A stretch of 64,000 nt of DNA from Eubacteriales bacterium (GTDB taxonomy: Bacteria; Bacillota; Clostridia; Oscillospirales; CAG-382), in NCBI GenBank assembly GCA_045580005.1, contig JAZNMZ010000061.1, forward strand, positions 5,508 to 69,507, in the 5' to 3' direction. The notes under the pieces are model-generated. The model saw only the letters and a list, made by a program, of their open reading frames with translations. It searched no databases and was not told where the DNA came from. Positions 24,676 through 32,696 of this stretch are shown in pieces (within the stretch, counting starts at the first letter, position 1; each line of letters starts with the position of its first letter). Both the position numbers and the translations under genes were made by a program.

Positions 24676-24777
24676 GACACCTAAAAACGAAAGGGGTTTT
24701 AGGTGTCGGTTGTTCATAACAAGCACAGATTTTGTATATACACAAAATCGAACCTATTAGGGAGACCCTAAAACCCC
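24676..24777 (+). other. candidate oriT (three inverted repeats plus a repeated CCTAAAACCCC motif)
   Basis: IR1 is 24676-24707 (11 bp, GACACCTAAAA/TTTTAGGTGTC). IR2 is 24728-24749 (GATTTTGT/ACAAAATC). IR3 is 24757-24771 (TTAGGG/CCCTAA). CCTAAAACCCC occurs at 24767-24777 and inverted at 24693-24703. The region lies directly upstream of mobC and the relaxase gene. Confidence 0.45.
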
Positions 24778-24796
24778 TGACTATGAAAGGAGAAAC

Positions 24797-25147
24797 ATGA
24801 GAACAAGAAATAATCAAATACTTCTTTGGCTGAATGATGAAGAGCTTGAAAGACTGAATAAGATCGTCGCGCGCTTACCGTACAGCCGACAGAGATATAT
24901 CCGTGAAGCGATCTTCGGCGCGGATATTTATGAAACACCGCCAGCAGAATACGGTGTAATAGTTAAGGAGCTTCGTGCCATCGGCAACAATGTGTATCAG
25001 CTTCTTCTCAAAGCCGTGCAGTTAAAATTCATTGATGAGGTCATGATCTGCGACCTTTACAACACCGTACTTGATATGGATGAGAAATTCAGCTCCGCCT
25101 TTGCTTCCAAGCGGTACAAGAAAAAGGTAAGCGAGCTTTGGCGGTAA
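24797..25147 (+). CDS. mobC: MobC-family relaxosome accessory protein (ribbon-helix-helix)
   Basis: 116 aa. RTRNNQILLWLNDEELERLNKIVARLPYSRQRYIREAIFG is a typical MobC N-terminus. The 3' end overlaps the relaxase start. Confidence 0.75.
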   Translation: MRTRNNQILLWLNDEELERLNKIVARLPYSRQRYIREAIFGADIYETPPAEYGVIVKELRAIGNNVYQLLLKAVQLKFIDEVMICDLYNTVLDMDEKFSSAFASKRYKKKVSELWR

Positions 25148-26514
25148 CAAAGATATGGGGCATCCACGGCACAGTTTATACCGTTACAAAATATACCGCG
25201 AATGAAGCAAAAACATGGAACAGCGAATACAGTTCTGCGGCGGTTTATCACAAGCATGATACAACGGTAGGCGCGGTAATGGACTACACAGCAGATCAAA
25301 TGAAGACCGAGAAGCAGCTCTATGTAACCGGTGTAAATTGCAGTAGCGAGCCCAAAGTTGCCGCCCGTCAGTTTTATATCACCAAGAATGCCTTCGGAGT
25401 TGATGATAACAGAAGCAAGACTCGTTTCGTTTGTATGCATGGATATCAATCCTTTGCTCCCGGGGAAGTATCTCCCGAAGTTGCGCATAAGGTCGGAGTC
25501 GAACTTGCCAAGCGAGTTTGGGGCGACAAGTATGAAGTCCTTGTTTCAACCCATTTGAATACGGGAGCTTGTCATAACCACTTTGTTATCAATAACATTT
25601 CCTTTATCGACGGCAAGAGATACTTGGATAATAAGGCGACTTACGGAGTTATGCGCAAGGAGTCGGATCAACTTTGTCGAGAGTACGGTTTAAGTATTGT
25701 TTCTCGTCCGACGCGCGATCACCCGCAGAGTGAGGGCGGATATATCAAAGCAGAGCTGCAGGGAGCTTATACGATCCGCGCCGCGATCAAACGCGACATC
25801 GACCTCGTTATAGATGCCACTCCCCAAGACTTTGATGAGTTTGCCTCCATGATCTCGCAACTCGGATACAAACTTGAACGCAGAGGAAAGGATATGCGCA
25901 TCATACCGCGAATAGGGAAGTGCAAGCCTCGAAGACTTCGTTCTCTCGGTGAGGGATATTCGGAGGAGGATATCACTTACCGTATCAAAGAACAATGGTG
26001 GGATCCTCAATATCCTTCGTTTAAGATCTATGAGCCGAGGAGATATGTTCCGTCATCACTTTACCGTCTGTATCTTCATTACTGCTACCTGCTCGGCATC
26101 TTTCCCGAAGAGAGACCAAGAAGCCACACCGTATGCGATGTGCTGAAGGAAGACAAGATGCGCGCTCAAAAGTATTCCGATGAAGCCGCTATGATGGGTA
26201 AGTACGGTATTGAGAATATCGAGCAACTGCAAGAGCATTATCTTGCAGTTTTTTCTTTGTCCGAGAAAAAGAAAGAAGAACGTAAAGCCCTGCGGTATAA
26301 ACTTCGCCGCATGAATGACGAGGACGAGATCGAGTCCGCAAAGACAAGAGTCAAAGCCTTATCCGAAGATATAAGGAAGCTCGACAGAGAAAAGCTTTTG
26401 TGCGAGGACATTACTTTCAGGAGTGCGGGTATCGCGGAGGTCGTCCGCTTGATCGAATTACCCGAAACAGAAAAACAAATTCAAAGAAAGGAAAGTTACA
26501 GAAATGAACGCTAA
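25138..26514 (+). CDS. relaxase / mobilisation nuclease (MobA/VirD2-type)
   Basis: 458 aa with a TTG start. The N-terminus is MAVTKIWGIH and the histidine triad region is HLNTGACHNHFVINN. Confidence 0.88.
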   Translation: MAVTKIWGIHGTVYTVTKYTANEAKTWNSEYSSAAVYHKHDTTVGAVMDYTADQMKTEKQLYVTGVNCSSEPKVAARQFYITKNAFGVDDNRSKTRFVCMHGYQSFAPGEVSPEVAHKVGVELAKRVWGDKYEVLVSTHLNTGACHNHFVINNISFIDGKRYLDNKATYGVMRKESDQLCREYGLSIVSRPTRDHPQSEGGYIKAELQGAYTIRAAIKRDIDLVIDATPQDFDEFASMISQLGYKLERRGKDMRIIPRIGKCKPRRLRSLGEGYSEEDITYRIKEQWWDPQYPSFKIYEPRRYVPSSLYRLYLHYCYLLGIFPEERPRSHTVCDVLKEDKMRAQKYSDEAAMMGKYGIENIEQLQEHYLAVFSLSEKKKEERKALRYKLRRMNDEDEIESAKTRVKALSEDIRKLDREKLLCEDITFRSAGIAEVVRLIELPETEKQIQRKESYRNER

Positions 26515-27388
26515 TTCCGATGCAGCCGATCAGGTTGTAAGAATAACACTCGAAGGAGCCGAGTTCGCCATACGCTTGGCAGGAAGCGGAGCAAAGCATA
26601 TTGCGGTCATGCTCATCGCTATGGCAAAACAGCAGCACAAAACAAGAGGAGCAACACGGCTCAACAGTATGCTCCGCTCGGGAAAGCCTCTTAAGGTCTT
26701 TACCTTTTCCGCAGAACACATGAAAAAATTTAAGGAAGTAGCCAAAGACTACGGAATACTCTACACGATTCTCAAAGAGAATGATAAGACCGGAGGTGTC
26801 TTTGATGTTCTTGTCCCCGCTGATGATGAGTCGAAGATCAACCGTATAGTTGAGAGGTTCGAACTTGTTAAGATCGATACTGCTTCCCTAAAGGCTGAAC
26901 TTCTCAAAGAGAAAGCCGCGAGGGATCAGAAGACAGAAGCGGATAACGACGGCAATTCAACACTACAGACCGCGAAAGAAAACGATTCCGAGAACGGTTC
27001 AGGTCAGCCGCCGCCCGAACAGTATCAATCGGCAGAAGAATACGAGGAGGGCGTGACCAATCAGCTCTTTTCAACCAACCCGCTTCAGAAGGATGAGGTA
27101 TCTGTCCAAAACCCCGAGGCGGCTCGGACGGACGAAAGCCCAAGACAGAGACGATCATCATTGGTGGAAACGAAGAGGGAGACGGAAACCGACAGTCTGT
27201 CCGAGCCAACATCGAGCGACTCAAAAAGGGAAGAGGTCTTAAATCACTCTTCCACACATGAACACGGAGGCAGAGAATCCGTGCGCGAAAAGATAGCACG
27301 CATTAAAAGAGAAAGAGCGGCGGCAGCTACTACCGCTCCCGTAAAAGAAACCGTTCACATTCCCAAACCCAAGTCCAAAGACAGATAA
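26504..27388 (+). CDS. PcfB/DUF3801-family protein
   Basis: 294 aa. The N-terminal ITLEGAEFAIRLAGSGAKHIAVMLIAMAK..KGKT-like region and the position after the relaxase match the PcfB family. The C-terminal half is low-complexity. Confidence 0.7.
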   Translation: MNANSDAADQVVRITLEGAEFAIRLAGSGAKHIAVMLIAMAKQQHKTRGATRLNSMLRSGKPLKVFTFSAEHMKKFKEVAKDYGILYTILKENDKTGGVFDVLVPADDESKINRIVERFELVKIDTASLKAELLKEKAARDQKTEADNDGNSTLQTAKENDSENGSGQPPPEQYQSAEEYEEGVTNQLFSTNPLQKDEVSVQNPEAARTDESPRQRRSSLVETKRETETDSLSEPTSSDSKREEVLNHSSTHEHGGRESVREKIARIKRERAAAATTAPVKETVHIPKPKSKDR

Positions 27389-27404
27389 CAGAAAGGAAAA
27401 CACC

Positions 27405-28328
27405 ATGAGTGAATTTGAAAAAGTTATTAAAGAAGCAACCGAACCCAAAACCGAAAAGAAAAGCTACGGAGAGGTAGTCCGCGAGCGCCGCGCCTCAATG
27501 AATACCATTACGGAGGAGGCATATGGTGCGATCTCCAAAGACCGAGCCGCGTTTGTCGGTATGCTCAACATCGCAAGCAGATTCCTTCGTAACTCCGAGG
27601 GAAACATCCTGCTCATCTACGGACAGAATCCAAATGCTACCGAGCTTCATTCCTACGGCGTGTGGAAGGAGAAGGGCAAGACGGTGAAAAAGGGAGAAAA
27701 GCCCGTCTATATTTTCAAGAGAAAAGACTATGTATCGGCTGATGGACATAACCGCTTCAGCTTTGATCCCGATCCCAAGTATGATGTCTTATCTACTGTG
27801 GACGGAAAGCCCACACCTGCACCGGTCTTTGATGATAAGATACTTGTAAGAGGTATCGTTCATTCGTCCCCGGTAAAGATCGTTGTCGATTCGGGATATC
27901 CGCAGAGCAACCCCGAAGGCGCGGCGTATATCGAGGATAAGAGCGAGATCCGATGCAAGTACGGTATGCCTACCGATGAGCTTGTTCCCACGATCCTCAA
28001 TGCGACCGCTCTTGCGGAGTTCTGCACCGCTAATGGCGATGCCCGCCCCTCGGATTATGAATTCAAGGCAAGATGCGTTGCATATATCCTTACCGCCAAG
28101 TACGGCATTTCTACAGCCAAGATCGGAATACACAGTATTCCCTCGGATTATCAGACGATGGATCCCGACCGATTTAAGGCGGAGATACACGATCTTTTGG
28201 AGACCGCAAAGAAGATCGACAATAGGATCGCAGAGATCATATTTCGCCCCAAAGCGCAGGTGAAGGATGCGGAGAAGTCAAACGAAACAGTTGCACAGAA
28301 GACCGATGAGGGAAAGGATGCGAGATAA
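27405..28328 (+). CDS. ArdC-N-like ssDNA-binding domain protein
   Basis: 307 aa. RFLRNSEGNILLIYGQNPNATELHSYGVWKEKGKTVKKGEKPVYIF parallels the N-terminus of the polyvalent protein (FSDQVLIHAQRPGA..WNRFGRWVNRGSHGIALI). Confidence 0.55.
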   Translation: MSEFEKVIKEATEPKTEKKSYGEVVRERRASMNTITEEAYGAISKDRAAFVGMLNIASRFLRNSEGNILLIYGQNPNATELHSYGVWKEKGKTVKKGEKPVYIFKRKDYVSADGHNRFSFDPDPKYDVLSTVDGKPTPAPVFDDKILVRGIVHSSPVKIVVDSGYPQSNPEGAAYIEDKSEIRCKYGMPTDELVPTILNATALAEFCTANGDARPSDYEFKARCVAYILTAKYGISTAKIGIHSIPSDYQTMDPDRFKAEIHDLLETAKKIDNRIAEIIFRPKAQVKDAEKSNETVAQKTDEGKDAR

Positions 28329-28525
28329 TGGAGAAGAGCGAAAGAAAAGTAGTCGTGCTTACAGACTATGAGTACCATGTTATGATAGGTGCGCTTGCGG
28401 AATTCCGCAACGATCTTCTCGAGGAAAACAGAGAGCCGCATGATGTAAGCGAGCTGCTTCTCAAGGTCATTGATGCTCCCGTTGTAGAGAACGGCAAGGG
28501 CAGATTTTTCAGGGGAAGCCGATGA
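28328..28525 (+). CDS. small hypothetical protein upstream of the coupling protein
   Basis: 65 aa. Start and stop overlap the flanking genes (ATAATG and ATGA). Confidence 0.5.
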   Translation: MEKSERKVVVLTDYEYHVMIGALAEFRNDLLEENREPHDVSELLLKVIDAPVVENGKGRFFRGSR

Positions 28526-30375
28526 AAGATCAAGAGAATGAGAAGCTGTTAAATATTATACTTTATGCAATGGGACTGATAGCTGTCATATGGCTTTCAG
28601 TCCTTTTTGCGCCCTGTATAGGCGGCGGACTTGCGCAGATGCTTCCGAAGCTGAGCGATGCGCTGGCTCATCCGTTTAGGCTTACCTTTTGCCATAACAC
28701 TTTCCCGACGGTCTTGACCTTGTCGCTCATCTATGTATTTGCTCTCGTTGTTTATCATTATACAAAGCCCAACTACCGCCGCAGAGAGGAACACGGATCT
28801 GCCAAGTGGGGAGATAAGAAAGAGATCGACAAGCGTTACAGACAAACACCCACGGAGAGCAATAAGATACTGACACAAAATGTGGCGATAGGGTATGATA
28901 CGCATGAGCACAGAAGGAATCTAAACACCATAGTAATAGGCGGTTCGGGATCGGGTAAAACGAGGTTCTACGGAAAGCCGAATGCCATGCAGGCAAATAC
29001 CTCTTTCTTTGCTCTTGACCCGAAAGGTGAGGTCGTGCGAGCGCTCGGAGGACTTCTTGTTAAGAAAGGTTATGTAGTTAAAGTGCTTGATCTTATCAAC
29101 ATGGAGAAGTCCGATTGCTACAATCCCTTTGCATATATCCACTCGGACAACGACGTGCAGAGACTTGTGACCAATCTTTTTAAGTCCACAACACCGAAAG
29201 GCTCGCAGAGCCAAGATCCCTTTTGGGATAATGCGGCAAGTATGCTCCTGTCCGCCCTCATCTATTATCTTCACTATGAAGCTCCCGTGTATGAACAGAA
29301 TTTCGCAATGGTCACAGAACTTCTGCGAGAGGGCGATGTAGATGAGGAAAAGGACAAACATGACAGTGTGCTCGATCTTCTTTTCAAGGAGCTTGAAAGA
29401 AAAGACCCCTATCACATTGCCGTGAAGTATTACAACGAGTACAGAAGCGGCGCGGCAAAAACATTGAAGTCGATTCAGATAACACTTGCGGCTCGACTTG
29501 AAAAGTTCAACCTTAACAGCCTTGCGGCTATGACGGTAACAGATGAACTTGAGCTTGACATGCTCGGGCAGAGAAAGACGGCGTTGTTTGCAATTATCCC
29601 CGATAATGACACCTCGTTCAATTTCCTTGTTTCAATACTGTATACGCAACTGTTCCAACAGCTCTTTTATGTTGCCGATCACAAATACGGTGGATCACTT
29701 CCCGTTCATGTGCATTTCCTTATGGATGAATTTGCAAATGTTTCGCTTCCCGATGACTTTGACAAGATACTGTCCGTCATGCGTTCACGCGGAGTAAGTG
29801 TTTCGATCATTCTGCAAAATCTCGCGCAGCTCAAGGCTCTCTTTGAAAAGCAATGGGAGAGTATAGTCGGTAACTGTGATGAGCTTATTTATCTCGGCGG
29901 CAATGAGCAGAGCACACACAAGTATATATCGGAACAGCTCGGTAAAGCGACCATTGATACCAACACCTACGGCAGAAGCGACGGTATGCGCGGTAATTTC
30001 TCGACCAACTTCCAGATCTCCGGCAGAGAGCTGATGACGCCCGACGAAGTCCGTATGTTGGACAACAAGTATTGCATCTTATTCATTCGAGGCGAGCGAC
30101 CTGTAATTGACTTGAAGTATGATATCCTAAAGCATCCCAACGTCAAGTACACCGAGGACGGCGGCGCAGAGCCTTATATTCACGGATTCGGTGAGATCGA
30201 GGGCCATCCTTGGAAGAAGGGAACTTCAAACACCGTTATTGACATTACTGATGAGATCATTGAACTCGGCAAGGAAAAGAAAGTCGGCGAGATCTTTGTC
30301 TTCGATGAAGAAGAATTCGGTATGCACCTTAAAAAAACAAAACAAACAAATAATACACAAACAGAAAAGGAGTAA
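28522..30375 (+). CDS. virD4: type IV coupling protein (VirD4/TraG/PcfC family)
   Basis: 617 aa with two N-terminal TM segments, Walker A VIGGSGSGKTRF and Walker B HFLMDEFAN. Confidence 0.92.
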   Translation: MKDQENEKLLNIILYAMGLIAVIWLSVLFAPCIGGGLAQMLPKLSDALAHPFRLTFCHNTFPTVLTLSLIYVFALVVYHYTKPNYRRREEHGSAKWGDKKEIDKRYRQTPTESNKILTQNVAIGYDTHEHRRNLNTIVIGGSGSGKTRFYGKPNAMQANTSFFALDPKGEVVRALGGLLVKKGYVVKVLDLINMEKSDCYNPFAYIHSDNDVQRLVTNLFKSTTPKGSQSQDPFWDNAASMLLSALIYYLHYEAPVYEQNFAMVTELLREGDVDEEKDKHDSVLDLLFKELERKDPYHIAVKYYNEYRSGAAKTLKSIQITLAARLEKFNLNSLAAMTVTDELELDMLGQRKTALFAIIPDNDTSFNFLVSILYTQLFQQLFYVADHKYGGSLPVHVHFLMDEFANVSLPDDFDKILSVMRSRGVSVSIILQNLAQLKALFEKQWESIVGNCDELIYLGGNEQSTHKYISEQLGKATIDTNTYGRSDGMRGNFSTNFQISGRELMTPDEVRMLDNKYCILFIRGERPVIDLKYDILKHPNVKYTEDGGAEPYIHGFGEIEGHPWKKGTSNTVIDITDEIIELGKEKKVGEIFVFDEEEFGMHLKKTKQTNNTQTEKE

Positions 30376-30380
30376 ACGCT

Positions 30381-30731
30381 ATGAAAAACAACAAGAACAA
30401 CCACCTCGTAACCCCCATGCCCGCAAAGGCAAAGAAGATCCTCTCTGTATGGATCGGTATGGTACTTATCTTTACAATGATGAGTGCATTGGCTCTTCCT
30501 TGCTTCGCGGAGCCTACCAAAGATCCTATCACGGTAGTTAACAACCTTTCCGACTTTATGTTCGGACTTGTAAGAGCCGTCGGTATGATAATGCTCGGCT
30601 TTGCTGTAGTGCAGATAGGTCTTTCCCTTAAGTCTCACGACCCCTCACAGAGAGCAAACGGTTTCCTTACACTTGCAGGCGGAGTTGTGATAACATTCGC
30701 AAAGGAGATCCTTACACTTATCACGGGATAA
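30381..30731 (+). CDS. Maff2-family membrane protein
   Basis: 116 aa. A signal/TM segment is followed by NNLSDFMFGLVRAVGMIMLGFAVVQIGLSLKSHDPSQRANGF, typical of Maff2 in Firmicutes conjugative elements. Confidence 0.75.
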   Translation: MKNNKNNHLVTPMPAKAKKILSVWIGMVLIFTMMSALALPCFAEPTKDPITVVNNLSDFMFGLVRAVGMIMLGFAVVQIGLSLKSHDPSQRANGFLTLAGGVVITFAKEILTLITG

Positions 30732-30759
30732 AAATTATTGAAAAATGTTTGCAAAACGC

Positions 30760-30788
30760 TTGCATTATGCAATACAATGTGGTATAAT
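30760..30788 (+). promoter_or_regulatory. sigma-A promoter TTGCAT-17-TATAAT with extended -10 (TGG)
   Basis: TTGCAT at 30760-30765 and TATAAT at 30783-30788, preceded by TG. Confidence 0.65.
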
Positions 30789-30827
30789 AATAGTAAAGAC
30801 AGAGTAATAAACAAGGAGGAACTGTAT

Positions 30828-31133
30828 ATGTCCAAATCTGCCACTGTTTTTACAAGAGTTGACCCTATGCTCAAGGAGCAAGCGGATGCAATACTGAATC
30901 AACTCGGTATTTCGATGTCAACCGCTATGGGAATGTTTTTACAGCAGCTTGTTTTGCAAAGAGGTATCCCTTTTGAGTTAAAGCTCCCGAAAGCTGCTCC
31001 GATTGCACTCGGAAACATCAGCGACAGCGAGTTTGATGCACTCATGACTGAAGCGCTACACTCCGTATCAGAGGGCAAAGGCATCCCCTTTGAAGAGTTT
31101 GACGCGAGTATGCGCAAGGAGCTTGGAATATGA
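30828..31133 (+). CDS. relB: RelB/DinJ-family antitoxin
   Basis: ATG at 30828 lies 7 nt after AAGGAGGA. MSKSATVFTRVDPMLKEQADAILNQLGISMSTAMGMFLQQLVLQRGIPFEL is a classic DinJ/RelB fold signature. Confidence 0.85.
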   Translation: MSKSATVFTRVDPMLKEQADAILNQLGISMSTAMGMFLQQLVLQRGIPFELKLPKAAPIALGNISDSEFDALMTEALHSVSEGKGIPFEEFDASMRKELGI

Positions 31134-31456
31134 ATGAATGGAAACTGACGGTTGCACCGGAGTTCGGAGACGATTTGAGGAATATCCATTCATATATTGC
31201 AAGTCAGCTTCTTGAGCCCGAAACCGCCAAAAGACTTACAGATAAGATATTGAAATCTGTGTCCGAGCTTTCTTCTTTTCCGCTCATTTATCCGATATAT
31301 GATAAAGAGCCTTGGGCGCAAAGAGGACTCAGAAAAATGTCTGTCGGAAACTATTTGGTTTTTTACTTGGCAGATGAAGGAGCAACGAGTGTTATCGTGA
31401 TGCGTGTGTTTTACGCGGGCAGAGACATCGAGAGATGTTTGAATGAAACATTATAA
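31130..31456 (+). CDS. parE: ParE/RelE-family toxin
   Basis: 108 aa with a 4-nt overlap with the antitoxin. Carries ..I..YI......P..A......I......L..FP..G...R......YLVFY. Confidence 0.8.
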   Translation: MNEWKLTVAPEFGDDLRNIHSYIASQLLEPETAKRLTDKILKSVSELSSFPLIYPIYDKEPWAQRGLRKMSVGNYLVFYLADEGATSVIVMRVFYAGRDIERCLNETL

Positions 31457-31522
31457 AGAATAATCACAAGCAAAAGCCATTCGCAAATGTCGAATGGCTT
31501 TTTGCATTGGAAAGGAGAACAA

Positions 31523-32359
31523 ATGTCAAATAATTGGGTAGTTGAAAACATCCAAAATGCTATTGACACTTGGAATGAAAAGTTCTCGGAAATATGGCGG
31601 CTGCTCTCGCAGTCGCCTGCCGAGTTCAAGGGCGGCACTATATGGTATGTTATGACAAGCATCAACGGCGCGCTGAAGGCGGTAGGATACGCCCTGCTCG
31701 TTCTTTTCTTCCTCATTGGTATAATGAAGCACTACAACTCAATGCAGGAAATAAAGCGCCCCGAGCAGGCTCTTAAGCTTTTCATCCGCTTCGTACTTGC
31801 AAAGGCGGCGGTAACTTGGGGACTCGATCTGATGCTTGCGGTTTTCGACATCGTTCAAGGCATAATATCCAAAATACTCATAGCATCGGGCGTAAAATAT
31901 TCGAGCAATATGTATATACCTCGGAGCATGGTAGAAACGATAGAGAACTGCGGCTTTTGGGAGAGCATCCCATTGTGGGCGGTAACGCTCATAGGCAGTT
32001 TGCTTGTGTGGGTGCTTTCCTTTGTCATGATACTGACCGTTTACGGACGATTCTTTAAGCTCTATATGTATGCGGCAATAGCGCCAGTTCCTTTGTCGAG
32101 CTTTGCAAGTGAGGAAACGAGCCAAGTCGGAAAGAGCTTTATTAAGTCATTTATAGCTGTATGCCTTGAAGGAGCCATTATAGTATTGGCTTGCGTCATA
32201 TATTCCAAGTTTGCAACTTCCTCGCCCTCGGTAGATATGAACGCATCGGCAATAACACAGGTATGGACTTATGTCGGAGAACTGCTGTTCAATATGCTTG
32301 TTCTTGTCGGAACGGTCAAGCTCTCGGAGCAGGTAGTTAATAAAATGATGGGTGTATAA
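31523..32359 (+). CDS. VirB6/TrbL-like polytopic membrane protein (CD0415/CD1112-type)
   Basis: ATG at 31523 follows AAAGGAG (the ORF track starts at 31487). Multiple TM helices, and the position before prgI/virB4 is canonical. Confidence 0.7.
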   Translation: MSNNWVVENIQNAIDTWNEKFSEIWRLLSQSPAEFKGGTIWYVMTSINGALKAVGYALLVLFFLIGIMKHYNSMQEIKRPEQALKLFIRFVLAKAAVTWGLDLMLAVFDIVQGIISKILIASGVKYSSNMYIPRSMVETIENCGFWESIPLWAVTLIGSLLVWVLSFVMILTVYGRFFKLYMYAAIAPVPLSSFASEETSQVGKSFIKSFIAVCLEGAIIVLACVIYSKFATSSPSVDMNASAITQVWTYVGELLFNMLVLVGTVKLSEQVVNKMMGV

Positions 32360-32369
32360 GGAGAAGTAC

Positions 32370-32696
32370 ATGGAGATCAAGATCAATCAGGAAATTAAAG
32401 AATACAATGAAACAATGTTTTTCGGCTTATCCGTAAGACAGTTTATCTTCTCAATACTCGCGTGTGGCGCGGCAGTCGGGATCTACTTCGGCTGCCGTTC
32501 ATTTTTGGACACGGAGACTTTATCATGGGTATGTATGATCGGAGCCGTACCCTTTGCGGCACTCGGCTTTGTAAAATACAACGGACTGCCGGCGGAGAAG
32601 ATACTCAAGGCATGGATAAGAAGCGAAATACTGATGCCCCGAAAGTTACTCTATAAGGGCGAAAACCTATACTCAAGGAAGGGAGAAAACAAGTGA
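32370..32696 (+). CDS. prgI: PrgI-family (VirB3-like) protein
   Basis: ATG at 32370 follows TAAGGAG. MEIKINQEIKEYNETMFFGLSVRQFIFSILACGAAVGIYF is typical of PrgI. Confidence 0.75.
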   Translation: MEIKINQEIKEYNETMFFGLSVRQFIFSILACGAAVGIYFGCRSFLDTETLSWVCMIGAVPFAALGFVKYNGLPAEKILKAWIRSEILMPRKLLYKGENLYSRKGENK

